Source of the DNA: an uncultured Bacteroidales bacterium
GTDB lineage: Bacteria > Bacteroidota > Bacteroidia > Bacteroidales > VadinHA17
Assembly (NCBI GenBank): GCA_963698535.1
Contig: CAVORD010000006.1
Span: forward strand, 26,881 to 90,880
Reading direction: 5' to 3'
Length of the DNA stretch: 64,000 bases
A program made the translations under genes and the position numbers. This document shows positions 52,855-63,327 of this stretch, one piece after another. Within the stretch, counting starts at the first letter, position 1. Each line of letters opens with the position of its first letter. Under the pieces are notes generated by a model. It made no database searches. It saw only the letters and a list, made by a program, of their open reading frames with translations, and was not told where the DNA came from.

Positions 52855-55098
52855 CTATTTCTTAATAAACATTAAACCGGAGGCCCTGTAATCCTGCGAA
52901 TTGGAAGTTATGCCATCTGAATTGATAAAGGTACAATTATCAATTACTGTGACAGGTTCTCCGTTTGTGAGATGCAACCTTAAGGATCTTGAATCGATAA
53001 AGCTGCTTGATGAGATGTTACATATCTGAACACCATGCAAATAGAGCGAAGCCACTGTTTTATTCCTACTCCCATTTCCTACATTGTTAAATTCACAATC
53101 TGATATGTTAAGGATAGGACCGAAAGTACTTTCGTCCGTTCCACCACGATACAGATCAAGAATAGATCCTTCGATATTATTGAATGAGGAGTTGTTAAGA
53201 ACAACACATTCAGCATTGTAGATTCCGAGATCATCCGTCTCCTTGTTAAGAGATGCAATATTTCCGGTCACCTTGTCGAATCTGCTGTTACTTATTACAA
53301 TTGAATCGGCAAAAGTGTTTTTATATATACGTAAAAAATCAAAGGAGTGGTTAACATCTAGTTTTTCAATGGTGCAGCCCTCTACAATAAGCTTGTAGTT
53401 TCTGTTCATAGAGTATTTACTGGTACTGACAATGCAATTCCCAGCCTGATCAGGTGAAGCAGATCCGCTTATCACCAGGTCAACAAGCTTTAGCGCGCCT
53501 TCGTTTTCAATCGTAATCATTTCAGACCTTTCTGATGTGATCATGGCCTTTCCCTGATGATTTGCCTTAATAGTCACGGGGACTTTTATTGTGATCTCCT
53601 TGTTACTTATAAACTCCCCGTCTTCAAGCAGCATAATGGAACCTGGCTTGGCACTTTGGAGAGCATCAGGGATGGTGTTGATCCCGGGTGAAACAGTGAT
53701 TACTTCACCTGTATCAAAAGTTAGTTCTTCCTCTTGTTTTGGGTACCATTCCGGTCCACAATTGTTCTTGCTGGCCACTTCGGCATCAGCCTTGAACCCG
53801 GCATTTTTTATTCCTGATGAATTAAGTGCCGGCAATCCGTTTTGGTCGATCGTTTTGTTAATTTCAACCAGACTTAAATTTCCTCCATCTAAAGGGTTTA
53901 CTCCGTTATTCAGGTAATTATTGCTGAAAGAGATGCCGCTGATGTCGTCGTAAACTGTGAAGATATCCTTCAGCGAGGAGTGATAGAATACGTTGTTCTC
54001 AATAAGGCAGTCAGCCGGAGGGAGAGACCTCTCACTATCGCTGCCGGCACAAAGTTGAATATTATCACACTCGATAAATGTGTTGCCTGAAAATACTCCT
54101 CCCTTAACCTGATGGTATCGGTTCAGCGGTGAATTTGGGACACCGTTCATTATTACCAGGGCACCACGGAACCTGGTTCCTTTAAGCCCATAGAAGTAGT
54201 TGTTAACTGCTTTGTTTCGTTCATTTATTATCCTGATACCGCCGGTATGCTCCTTGAAATTGCCCAGGAAGTAATTTCCCTCGGCAATGTTATCATTACC
54301 ATGACGATATGTAAGGGTTCCCCGGCACTCGTTGAATGTGTTATACCTGAAAATATTGCCGCAACTTTTTACGGAGATAATTTCATGCTCTCCATCGCAA
54401 CGGTCAAAATAGTTATACTCAACTCTTGTGCCGGATGTGGCCATGGAGTAATGGCTTGTTCCAAGTCTCATTGTTTCACCACCATTGGCTCCGAGATTTT
54501 GTCTGTACCCGAAGTAGTTGTGATGAATATAGTGGTTATTTTCCCTGCACGCTTCATCAATCAGACGAACGGTAAAAGTCACACCATTTGTTCTTTTGCC
54601 TGTCAAATAGCAGTATCCCACACTATTATTCTTCCCATAAAGGGCAATCCATGTTTCGTTGGTCTGCCTCTCATGATTATTGTAATTGTCAATTACACAC
54701 TCTGTCAGGTTGCAATTATTGCCATATACTCCCTTTTTTTCCCTGAATGATATGACTTCGTTGGATGGGGTATACCCCTTAATGAATACAAATCCTGAAA
54801 CATTAAGGTATTCTCCTGATATTCTGAAGTTTGATAGTCCAGTAAACAAGACTTTCCCTTTTGTCTGTGCTGTAATGGTAATCGGTTTTTCCAGAGTACC
54901 CCTGGCATTCATAAGTAGTTCTGCGTCATTCCAATCTCCATCCTTGAGAATTATCTTATCTCCCGGTTTGGCTTTGCTAATTGCAGCGTGAAACTCCTCG
55001 GGGTTGCTAACGATATTTCCGTTGAAATTGGCGCAACCTGAAAGCAGGATTAACAAGAATGCAGTAAGAGTGAAGTTTCTCAGAATATCTCCCTTCAT
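52855..55098 (-). CDS. PL6 alginate lyase (chondroitinase-B beta-helix plus second C-terminal beta-helix)
   Basis: KPGDKIIL.DG.W, HNYFG.R..LG.NGGET.R.GTS, CDGEHEIISVKS, LTYRHG, NGVPNSPLNRY; lipobox LLSGC after the probable start ATG at 55098. Confidence 0.9.
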   Translation of the reverse strand: MKGDILRNFTLTAFLLILLSGCANFNGNIVSNPEEFHAAISKAKPGDKIILKDGDWNDAELLMNARGTLEKPITITAQTKGKVLFTGLSNFRISGEYLNVSGFVFIKGYTPSNEVISFREKKGVYGNNCNLTECVIDNYNNHERQTNETWIALYGKNNSVGYCYLTGKRTNGVTFTVRLIDEACRENNHYIHHNYFGYRQNLGANGGETMRLGTSHYSMATSGTRVEYNYFDRCDGEHEIISVKSCGNIFRYNTFNECRGTLTYRHGNDNIAEGNYFLGNFKEHTGGIRIINERNKAVNNYFYGLKGTRFRGALVIMNGVPNSPLNRYHQVKGGVFSGNTFIECDNIQLCAGSDSERSLPPADCLIENNVFYHSSLKDIFTVYDDISGISFSNNYLNNGVNPLDGGNLSLVEINKTIDQNGLPALNSSGIKNAGFKADAEVASKNNCGPEWYPKQEEELTFDTGEVITVSPGINTIPDALQSAKPGSIMLLEDGEFISNKEITIKVPVTIKANHQGKAMITSERSEMITIENEGALKLVDLVISGSASPDQAGNCIVSTSKYSMNRNYKLIVEGCTIEKLDVNHSFDFLRIYKNTFADSIVISNSRFDKVTGNIASLNKETDDLGIYNAECVVLNNSSFNNIEGSILDLYRGGTDESTFGPILNISDCEFNNVGNGSRNKTVASLYLHGVQICNISSSSFIDSRSLRLHLTNGEPVTVIDNCTFINSDGITSNSQDYRASGLMFIKK

Positions 55099-55147
55099 AA
55101 GTGGAGTTGAATATGGACGAGTTTCGAGACATTTCATAGATATTGTT

Positions 55148-56620
55148 TTAATATGAGGTACCTGCCTCATTGCGAGTAACTGGTTTCCTGATAACTGGAT
55201 TGTTGGAGACCTGATCGCTTCCAACATCTTTTGGAATAGCTGGTCGCACATGTCCATCAATATCAGAAGAGAGGGTATCAAATCTTCCCGACACAGAGGC
55301 ATCCTTGGCAGGATTCCCAAAGATAGGCCTGATAAGGGATTCATATCTTGCCATTGGCAGAGTGGCAATCAGGAATCCTGTTGAAGGAGATACCCCTATT
55401 GTAGAGGCATCGGTCAGATTCCCCTTAAATGTAACACCGGTAGCCGAATCATAGGTTTTAACAACAGGATAGTTGCCTGCCGAAATAATAATGTTGTTTT
55501 CAATTTGAGAATTGATAGGGGCGAGGGATTTTTCCGAGTCTTTTCCCGCACCGATAGCAAAAGGCTCCCTGCAATTGATGATTGTATTATATCCTACCGT
55601 GGCGTTTTCGACCTGGCGGTATCTGTTTGCCGGTGAATTTGGAACTCCATTGGCAAGACAAATAGCCGCCCTATACTCGGTACCGGTTAGGTTTTCCAGA
55701 TAGTTATTATATACTATGTGACCCGGTCCTATAAGTCTAATCCCTCCGCAGTTCTTATTTAGGTTGCCAAAGAAGAAATTTCCGTAAACCAGGCAATCTG
55801 AACCGTGACGTAGCGTCAGCGTCCCCTCGCAGTTGGTAAAGTTATTGTACCGGTAAATATTACCAACCGACTTGCTGGAGATGATCTCAATCTCTCCGTC
55901 ACATGCTTCAAACAGGTTGTACTCTACTATGCAATTCGATGAGTAGCGTTCCCAGTCGCTTGTGCCTATTCTTATTGTTTCTCCGCCATTGACACCCAGA
56001 GAGGGTCTTGGTCCGAAGTAGTTATGATCAATAATATGGTAATCGGGTATGGCATCGAGCCATACAACAAAGGTGGCACCTGCATTAAATTTCCCGGTAA
56101 GGCTACAATGGTCGACCCTGTTGTGGGTCCCATAAAGTGAAATCCACTTTGTATCGAGGTCTTTATTTACCGGATTGTAGTTTAAGATGGAAACGTTTGT
56201 TAGCCTGCAGTATGAAGCCTCTCTGGTTCCTGACCTGAATTCAATAATCGACCCGCTTGCAGTAGGGACCCCATTATGGAAGGCTATATCGCATATTACC
56301 AGATAATCACCGGCAATCTTCAAGGTACTGTTTCCTGTAAAGATGGTTTTTCCGGGAACCTCTCCCATAAATACTACTGGTGCTCCGGGCTTTCCCGAGA
56401 TGTCTATAATCAGTTGCTCGTTGTTCCAGTTTTTTTCGGCAAACAGAACAGTGTCGCCCGGGAGAAGCTTATCAAGGAGATTCTCCAGTGCAACGCCTGT
56501 TTCAATTCGGTATTTCTTGGAGTTTATGATCTCTGGTTGATCGCCGGGTCCCGTCGTACCTGCCTTTGTGCAGCAACTGATGAATATCGTGATAATTAGA
56601 ATGTATGCGTATCTGGTCAT
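55148..56620 (-). CDS. PL6 polysaccharide lyase lipoprotein (single domain)
   Basis: Lipobox FISCC; HNRVDHC, HNYFGPRP.LG.NGGETIRIGTS, CDGEIEIISSKS, LTLRHG. Confidence 0.88.
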   Translation of the reverse strand: MTRYAYILIITIFISCCTKAGTTGPGDQPEIINSKKYRIETGVALENLLDKLLPGDTVLFAEKNWNNEQLIIDISGKPGAPVVFMGEVPGKTIFTGNSTLKIAGDYLVICDIAFHNGVPTASGSIIEFRSGTREASYCRLTNVSILNYNPVNKDLDTKWISLYGTHNRVDHCSLTGKFNAGATFVVWLDAIPDYHIIDHNYFGPRPSLGVNGGETIRIGTSDWERYSSNCIVEYNLFEACDGEIEIISSKSVGNIYRYNNFTNCEGTLTLRHGSDCLVYGNFFFGNLNKNCGGIRLIGPGHIVYNNYLENLTGTEYRAAICLANGVPNSPANRYRQVENATVGYNTIINCREPFAIGAGKDSEKSLAPINSQIENNIIISAGNYPVVKTYDSATGVTFKGNLTDASTIGVSPSTGFLIATLPMARYESLIRPIFGNPAKDASVSGRFDTLSSDIDGHVRPAIPKDVGSDQVSNNPVIRKPVTRNEAGTSY

Positions 56621-56644
56621 ATGATAAAAAATTAAACAGGTAAA

Positions 56645-56668
56645 AGAGAGACGGAATGTCGTCTCTCC
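56645..56668 (-). terminator. Stem-loop between susD and PL6 (terminator or stabiliser)
   Basis: GAGAGACG-gaatgt-CGTCTCTC inverted repeat. Confidence 0.5.
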
Positions 56669-56688
56669 TCTACCCGTTGTTCACCAAC

Positions 56689-58062
56689 CTAATTATATCC
56701 TAGATTCTGTGTTAGAGTCGGATACAGGTTCCTTTCCCTTTGTGGGATAGGTAGTAACAGGTCAGTCGATGAATAGGTGAAATTCGCCTCTGTTGTTACC
56801 GCAAAAGCTCCCATCACTGCATCGGCATAACCCAACCTGATCAAATCGTATAACCTATGGTTCTCAAACGCCAGTTCCACGCGACGCTCCTTAAGCAGAT
56901 CTTCCTTTGTAAGTGTAGCAAGTGGAGTGAGGCCAGCCCGGCCTCTTAAGAGGTTGACTGCGCCTAGCGCAACCGCGTCAGTTGTGGAAGCTGCCCCGGC
57001 CATAATTGCTTCAGCTCTCATTAGTAGAACGTCGGCATACCTGAGTACGATCCAGTCATTTCCGCCTAATTGGCTGTTAGCAGCAGTAATAGCCCTGAAT
57101 TTCCCACATTCAAACCGTCCTGATGAACCGGCAAGAGGTTCAAAATAGAAAAGTGTGCTCGCCCTTGTGTCACCTACTTCCAGCGAAGCCATAAGGTCAT
57201 CGGTAGGGTAGTTTAATCCGCTTGCTCTTCCTTTCCATGTGAAATCATACGAGAAAATCTCACTATCCTTAGCATCATCGGGGATGAACTGAACCGCGAA
57301 TATAATCTCAGTATTACGTTCGGAATAGAAAACCCCATTATATGTGGTAGCCATACCGTAATTACCGCTGGTTACGACTGCATCCAGTGCTGTTTTAGCT
57401 GCGGTGTAGTTTCCCATAGTAAGATAAACCTTACCGAGGAGTGCATTAGCTGCTCCTGAGGTTGCCCTTCCTTCGCCAATACCACTCCTGCCAGGTAGGA
57501 ATCCAATGGCGTCTTCAAGATCATCAATGATAAAAGCGTAAACTTCAGCCGTACTTTTTCTTTTAAAATACTCCTTGTCATTTGGACCAATTACCTTGTC
57601 AATAACAGGAACATCTCCGAATGCCCTTACCAGATTAAAATGACTCAATGCTCTTGCGAACTTCGCTTCACCCTCAAACTGGTTTTTGGTGGCACTGTTG
57701 GTTACAACACCCAGATTTTCGAGGACAGTATTTGCTCTGAAGATAATATTGTAATTATTACTCCAGTAAGCAGACACAGTTGCACTTGTCGGCTGAACAT
57801 TCATGTCTTCGAACTGAGCCCATTCACCCTCACTGTTTTTCGTCTTGGAATTATCGGACCGCATTTCAGTTAATGCATACTCAGTCATTACCATAGCTTG
57901 CATTCCATCGTAGATGGCTATTACGCCTGCTTCAACTTCCTGAGTATTGGTATAGAATCCATTGCTTCCAATCTGATCAATGGGTGAAAGGTCAAGAAAT
58001 TTTTCGCACGAGCTTACTAATAGTAAGCCTGCCATAATTGATAAAAGAACTAATTTTTTCAT
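56689..58062 (-). CDS. susD: SusD/RagB family lipoprotein
   Basis: Lipobox VSSC-EKFLD, EAKFARAL.HF.LVR.FGDVP, RYADVLLM.AEA, ERRVELAFENHR.YDLIR, LPIP...QN.GY. Confidence 0.93.
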   Translation of the reverse strand: MKKLVLLSIMAGLLLVSSCEKFLDLSPIDQIGSNGFYTNTQEVEAGVIAIYDGMQAMVMTEYALTEMRSDNSKTKNSEGEWAQFEDMNVQPTSATVSAYWSNNYNIIFRANTVLENLGVVTNSATKNQFEGEAKFARALSHFNLVRAFGDVPVIDKVIGPNDKEYFKRKSTAEVYAFIIDDLEDAIGFLPGRSGIGEGRATSGAANALLGKVYLTMGNYTAAKTALDAVVTSGNYGMATTYNGVFYSERNTEIIFAVQFIPDDAKDSEIFSYDFTWKGRASGLNYPTDDLMASLEVGDTRASTLFYFEPLAGSSGRFECGKFRAITAANSQLGGNDWIVLRYADVLLMRAEAIMAGAASTTDAVALGAVNLLRGRAGLTPLATLTKEDLLKERRVELAFENHRLYDLIRLGYADAVMGAFAVTTEANFTYSSTDLLLPIPQRERNLYPTLTQNLGYN

Positions 58063-58077
58063 TTCTCTTCCTCCAAA

Positions 58078-61000
58078 TTAAAATTCAAGATTTATACCCA
58101 CCGTAACAGCATGTGGTACCGGTGCAGCACCAACCTGATAGCCTCCCTGTATAGGATTGTCATTAAATGTGACACCTTCGGGGTTGAATGATGTATAATT
58201 CTTAGCCATGATGTATAACAGGTTCTGACCAGAAACATAAACCCTGGCTGAATTAACACCTATTCTCTTTGTCAACAGTGAGGGTAGTGTATATCCAAGG
58301 TTAATTGAGCGAAGTGCAATAAAAGAGGCATCCTGTACAAACAGATCGGTATAGATTCTCTCCCTTACCCTGTTGGCATCAACAAATCCTGTAATATAAT
58401 CCATATTGCTGGCAAACTGATTGTTGATATACTGGGGGTCCATATTTCGAACCTTGGCACCGTGGGAACCCTGGAATGTGAAACTGAAATCTACACCCTT
58501 ATATGAAAGTGAGTTTGTAAAGCCCCACACCAGTTTTGGGTATGGCGATCCAAGGTTAGTGCGATCGTCATTGTCGATTTCGCCGTCACCGTTAAGATCC
58601 TTCACATAAACATCCTGGCTGGTCCCACCAATAGGATAACGTGGATCCTTAAGGTATTCATTTGGAATTTCCTTTTCATAGATAAATCCATAGAATGATG
58701 AGATGGGATAGCCTTCCAGTGCAATGTATTCAGATGGTCTCTTGTCATCAACATAAGTTATTAAGCCACTAGCACCCGCAAAGTTAATCAGGGTGTTTTT
58801 ATTAGTAGAGATGTTAGCAGAGGAGGTCCAGTTAAAATCGACACTCGATAGGAGACGGCCAACAAGTTCTACCTCAACGCCAGTGTTTTTAACCTCACCT
58901 ATGTTAACCACAGCTGAAGTGAAACCGGTAACAGAAGGTATCTCCTGAGCGAGAAGAAGGTCATTACTTATTCTGTTATAGTAGTCAACGGTCATCGTCC
59001 AGCGGTTATCAAAAATACCTATTTCCAAACCGGGGGTGAACTCTTCCGACTTCTCCCATCTCAGGTCAGTATTGGCGATATTGATCGGGTTAAAACCGGT
59101 TACGGCGACTCCATTTACAATTGCTGTAGTGGCAGAAAGCCTTGCAATAGCATCGTAGCGACCGATACCGTTATTATTACCGGTTACACCATAACTAACC
59201 CTTGCCTTTAAGTTGGAAATGATTGGATTATCCTTGAGGAAAGGCTCTTCAGAAATTCTCCATCCAAAGGAAGCTGCCGGGAAAAATCCGTACTTGGTAT
59301 CACTTCCGAATCGGGATGACCCGTCATATCTTGCGGAAAACGATGCCAGATATTTGTTATCATAAGCATAATTAACCCTTGAAATAATAGAGTGAAGAGT
59401 TTCCTGAGCTTTGCTGGTTGAACCTGCTGATATAACTGATGCAGCATTCAGGGTGTGTATAAAGTCGAATTCATATCCGGTTCCTGTAAGATCAGAGGAA
59501 GTGACATCCCAGATTTCCCATGCCATTCCTGCCACAGCGCTTATATCATGCTTCCCAAAACTCTTATTATAACTGAAAAGGTTTTCACTTGAGTAGAAGA
59601 TATAGGTATCAGTATCATAGTCAGACTGCATTGCAGCAAGACCATCCCTGTGAGCCTTTGAGCCGACCCATTCTACATCCTGGCGATTCCTGTAGCTTGC
59701 AGCTACCGTTGATTTAAAGCTAAGTCCCTTGGTTATGTTAAGCTTGAGGTAGGCATCGGTCAATAATTTGAAATCATAGACATAATATTCACGCTCTAGT
59801 ACCTTTGCATAAGGGCTTACGTTTGATGTTGTGCTAATGTTAGTGACTGATGTTAGTCCTGGTATAAGGTAGTTGTCAAAATGACGCTCCATTGCGTAAT
59901 CACCAACTTTAACATTAGGATATGTAGCCCTGTTGACAAACTGAATGGTATTCTCGTCATGATAAAGAGGCAGCCATGGCGACTGACGTATAGCATCGTG
60001 AACACCTATCGGGAAATCTCTTTTTGTTGTGTATGATGGATTAAGATTTCCGCCAAATTCAATCACATCATTTACTTTGGTATCCAGTTTTAACCTGGCA
60101 TTGAATTTTTCGAAATAGTCGGTGAGCAAAATTCCTTCATCCTTCAGGTAACTGCCAGATACACTGAATTTTGTTTTGCTTGTACCTCCACGGGCACTCA
60201 GAGCGTAACTCTGAATATTACCGCCGTCAAACATTACATCCAGCCAATCGGTCTCAGTTCCGAGGAGTCCGATGTAGGTAGCCCTGTTATAAGGTACTCC
60301 GGCACTATACTCCTCAACAAACTTGTTCCATTCAGGAATGCCTGTAAGAACGTCATATTTCTGTGCGAATTTGATACCATTATAAGAGTTAAAGGAGAAC
60401 TTGGTTTTTCCCTCTTTACCCTGTTTAGTGGTAATCATAAGCACGCCGTTTCCTCCGCGCGAACCGTAGATAGCAGCAGAAGCAGCATCTTTCAGAACCT
60501 CCACGGATTCAATGTCGTTCATATCGAGACTCCCCAAAAAGGAGCTTCCTGCCGCAACACCATCAATAACAATTAGAGGAGAGGCATCGGCGGTAATGGA
60601 ACCGATACCTCTTACTCTGATAGTCGGATCGGCACCGGCTGAGGCATCGGTAATCTGAATTGTTACGCCGGATACTTTGCCTATTAGCGCTTCGTCAACT
60701 CTTGCGACAGGAATCTGCTCCAGTCCCTCGGTGACTACTTTTGATATGGACCCTGTAAGATGTGATTTCTTCTGGGTTCCATAACCTATAACAACAACCT
60801 CCTCAATTCCGGCAATATCCGGGTCAAGGGTTATGTTCAACTGAGCCGGGCCGTTAAATTCAAACTCCTGAGTTATGTACCCAAGAAATGAAACGATAAC
60901 TGTCCCTGCCTCATTTTTGGTTTGGAAACTAAAGTTCCCATCAATATCACTGTTGGTTCCGTTATATGTTCCCTTCTCAATTACAGTAGCTCCGATCAAG

Positions 61001-61107
61001 GGTTCGTTCTTTTCACTGGTTGTGATTTTCCCTTTAATCTCTACCTGAGCTGAAACAGTGTAAACGAAAGCCAAAAGAAATATAACCAGGCTTAAGATCT
61101 TTTTCAT
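58078..61107 (-). CDS. susC: SusC/RagA TonB-dependent transporter
   Basis: EEVVVIGYGTQKK, IRVRG, PLIVIDG, DIESVEVLKDAASAAIYGSRGGNGV, RYDGSSRFG, LRWEKS; terminal F. Confidence 0.96.
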   Translation of the reverse strand: MKKILSLVIFLLAFVYTVSAQVEIKGKITTSEKNEPLIGATVIEKGTYNGTNSDIDGNFSFQTKNEAGTVIVSFLGYITQEFEFNGPAQLNITLDPDIAGIEEVVVIGYGTQKKSHLTGSISKVVTEGLEQIPVARVDEALIGKVSGVTIQITDASAGADPTIRVRGIGSITADASPLIVIDGVAAGSSFLGSLDMNDIESVEVLKDAASAAIYGSRGGNGVLMITTKQGKEGKTKFSFNSYNGIKFAQKYDVLTGIPEWNKFVEEYSAGVPYNRATYIGLLGTETDWLDVMFDGGNIQSYALSARGGTSKTKFSVSGSYLKDEGILLTDYFEKFNARLKLDTKVNDVIEFGGNLNPSYTTKRDFPIGVHDAIRQSPWLPLYHDENTIQFVNRATYPNVKVGDYAMERHFDNYLIPGLTSVTNISTTSNVSPYAKVLEREYYVYDFKLLTDAYLKLNITKGLSFKSTVAASYRNRQDVEWVGSKAHRDGLAAMQSDYDTDTYIFYSSENLFSYNKSFGKHDISAVAGMAWEIWDVTSSDLTGTGYEFDFIHTLNAASVISAGSTSKAQETLHSIISRVNYAYDNKYLASFSARYDGSSRFGSDTKYGFFPAASFGWRISEEPFLKDNPIISNLKARVSYGVTGNNNGIGRYDAIARLSATTAIVNGVAVTGFNPINIANTDLRWEKSEEFTPGLEIGIFDNRWTMTVDYYNRISNDLLLAQEIPSVTGFTSAVVNIGEVKNTGVEVELVGRLLSSVDFNWTSSANISTNKNTLINFAGASGLITYVDDKRPSEYIALEGYPISSFYGFIYEKEIPNEYLKDPRYPIGGTSQDVYVKDLNGDGEIDNDDRTNLGSPYPKLVWGFTNSLSYKGVDFSFTFQGSHGAKVRNMDPQYINNQFASNMDYITGFVDANRVRERIYTDLFVQDASFIALRSINLGYTLPSLLTKRIGVNSARVYVSGQNLLYIMAKNYTSFNPEGVTFNDNPIQGGYQVGAAPVPHAVTVGINLEF

Positions 61108-61245
61108 TTAAGGTTCTTTTTATTTTAAACTAATGTCTGATTCGATTATGATACATTTGTATTTGTTGTTGCGAAACCTTGAGTAATTAGTTGATCTGGA
61201 TGTTCAATATGTAAATTACCACAGGCAACGTAACCTCGTTTGATT

Positions 61246-61275
61246 AAGGGTTGACTTTTTAAAGTCAATCCTTTT
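61246..61275 (-). terminator. Stem-loop between regulator and susC
   Basis: AAGGGTTGACTTT-tt-AAAGTCAATCCTT inverted repeat, ~30 bp after the regulator stop. Confidence 0.6.
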
Positions 61276-61302
61276 TAGCTTGTATTGTCATTCATACCAC
61301 AT

Positions 61303-62019
61303 TTATTTTTGTGTTTTATTAGATTTACTGAATTCGAAAACATCCTGAAGGTGTAATTCCATAGCCTTTCTGGCAGAGGGTGCATCCTGACGGATAATAT
61401 TGTCAAGTATTATCCTGTGCTCATCATATGATTTCATAACCCTCCCTTCGCCACAAACATTCAGTTTCCTGTAGATATTTATGATATCAGGGATAATTAT
61501 GAGCATTAGCGATTTTATAACAAGGTTCTGGCTGGCGCTGGCAATACTCAGGTGAAATCGGAAGTCTTCCTTAACTCCGGTTTGGCCTGTGTCAACCTTT
61601 GATTTATACTTTTCAAGAGCTTGCTCCATCTCGTCAATATCGCGATGAGTTCTCCTAAGTGCCGCCTGATATGCCACGAACGTTTCCATCGTTACTCGCG
61701 TCTCTACAAGATGAAAGAAGTCTTTGTCGCTTAATCTAATAACGTTGGTCATCAACCCTTCCATGGCAGCAATATCAACTCCTGATACCACCGTACCACT
61801 TTGAGGATGGGTTTTGAGGATCCCGTAAAACTCGAGTTTTTTGATTGCGTCCCTAACATAAGTTCTTCCTATTCCGAATGTTTCGGAAAGTCTTCTCTCG
61901 GAAGGTAGTCTGTCACCAGGCCTTAAAGTTCCTTCCTCAATAGAATTATAAATCTGCTTGATGATTTTATCAACCGGATTTTCGAACTCAATCACTTTGA
62001 AACTTTCTAACAAATCCAT
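61303..62019 (-). CDS. FadR/GntR family transcriptional regulator (alginate PUL repressor)
   Basis: LRPGDRLPSERRLSE.FGIGR..VRDAIKKLEFYG HTH plus FCD domain (D..FH..IA.AS.N, EH..I); probable start MDLLESF at 62019. Confidence 0.92.
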   Translation of the reverse strand: MDLLESFKVIEFENPVDKIIKQIYNSIEEGTLRPGDRLPSERRLSETFGIGRTYVRDAIKKLEFYGILKTHPQSGTVVSGVDIAAMEGLMTNVIRLSDKDFFHLVETRVTMETFVAYQAALRRTHRDIDEMEQALEKYKSKVDTGQTGVKEDFRFHLSIASASQNLVIKSLMLIIIPDIINIYRKLNVCGEGRVMKSYDEHRIILDNIIRQDAPSARKAMELHLQDVFEFSKSNKTQK

Positions 62020-62065
62020 AGGGCTTATATTTAGAGTAAAAGACAAATTGTTCTTATGATCAGGT

Positions 62066-63070
62066 TCAATTCTTTTGAATCGAGAAATGATCGACACGGG
62101 TTTCAGTGTCAATATAAGCCGACATGATTGTTATACTCGTAGATGCTCCTGAATTGAACACGACAGTTTTTTCTTCATATGCACTTGTAGAGGCGGAGAA
62201 GGGTACTGTTTCTGTGTATATAACAGTTCCCGGGTTAACACCATCGGCAATTGAAAAGGTGAATCCACTTCCCGTAGCTTTAGTTACATACCAGTATTTC
62301 AGGATATAGCTTGTGTTAGCCTCAACAGTAAATGTCTGTGCGGCCGATTTCCCTGCACCATCAAGTTTGCAACCTCTCACTCCGTCGGGAGGAGTTGGAC
62401 TACCGCTTATTGACATTGTTCCTACCCAATGGTCGCGTCCATCACCCTCTTCAAAGCTTGGGTTAAGGATTGTTGCAATAAATGAGACAACAGTTACATC
62501 GGATGACGTAGTGTTGAATTCGGCAAGAGCATTGCGTGCAGTTAAGGTTACTGTGTAAGTACCGGGAGCTGCATAAGTCACAACAGGATTCTCCAGAGTA
62601 GATGTTTGTCCATCACCAAAGTCCCATTCATAGGTTGTTGCCCGGGTACTCTCATTTACAAATGTTACAACCAGGAAGTTGGCAGTGTATGAGAATCTCG
62701 CGAGGGGAGTTGTTGGCTCCTTTTCAACTGTGACAATAACGGTTGAAACATCAGTTGCTCCGTTGTTATCTTTTGCCTCAAGTGAGATTGTGTAGGTTCC
62801 TCCGACGGCATATGCATGCATTCCCGGATCCTTAAGTTCGCTAGTGCTGCCGTCGCCAAAGTCCCAGAGATAAGTAGTCGCATGGGTCGCTTTGTTAGCC
62901 ACAGTCACTTCAAGAAAATTGATGCTATGGGTGAATTCGCTTTTTGGCGTACTGGAGTCGACAAAAACGTAGTCTGGGATCTCAGTACAACCGGAAAAGA
63001 ATAGCATCATCAGCACAAAAGAGATTCCAAATCCCTTAAGTGCAGAGGAGGTGATTCTTGGGTTTTTCAT
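62066..63070 (-). CDS. PKD-domain lipoprotein with C-terminal CBM-like domain (SusE-positioned glycan-binding candidate)
   Basis: Lipobox FFSGC; two WDFGDG PKD repeats; ILNPSFE...W beta-sandwich. Confidence 0.82.
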   Translation of the reverse strand: MKNPRITSSALKGFGISFVLMMLFFSGCTEIPDYVFVDSSTPKSEFTHSINFLEVTVANKATHATTYLWDFGDGSTSELKDPGMHAYAVGGTYTISLEAKDNNGATDVSTVIVTVEKEPTTPLARFSYTANFLVVTFVNESTRATTYEWDFGDGQTSTLENPVVTYAAPGTYTVTLTARNALAEFNTTSSDVTVVSFIATILNPSFEEGDGRDHWVGTMSISGSPTPPDGVRGCKLDGAGKSAAQTFTVEANTSYILKYWYVTKATGSGFTFSIADGVNPGTVIYTETVPFSASTSAYEEKTVVFNSGASTSITIMSAYIDTETRVDHFSIQKN

Positions 63071-63099
63071 AGTTAATTGGTTTTGAAAAGTTGTTGATA

Positions 63100-63137
63100 A
63101 ATTGGTAGACCAATCGCTTTTAATTGGTAGACCAATT
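63100..63137. promoter_or_regulatory. Tandem palindromic FadR/GntR operators
   Basis: AATTGGTAGACCAAT at 63100-63114 and AATTGGTAGACCAATT at 63122-63137, 22 bp apart and 30-67 bp upstream of the first PUL gene; matches the FadR-subfamily TGGT-N2-ACCA consensus. Confidence 0.85.
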
Positions 63138-63327
63138 TATGAGATGCAACAATAAATTCCAAAAAATATTTGGTTTTGTTTCAACCAGATTGTAACTATC
63201 AGAAAATCAATACGCTTTCAAGACATGTTATAAAACATGCGATACAAAGAGGTACAACTAGTGTGAAATATTTAACAATATTATGTTAAATAGGGGGTGT
63301 ATTCTCCTCTAAAAGTTCCTGGTTTTC

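Noticed and set aside
55099-55368. N-terminal 90 aa of the 837-aa PL6 ORF
   Set aside because: It overlaps the upstream PL6 gene; the signal peptide/lipobox begins at MKGDILRNF (55098).
62020-62112. N-terminal extension of the GntR ORF
   Set aside because: It overlaps the PKD gene end; MDLLESF at 62019 gives a normal FadR length.
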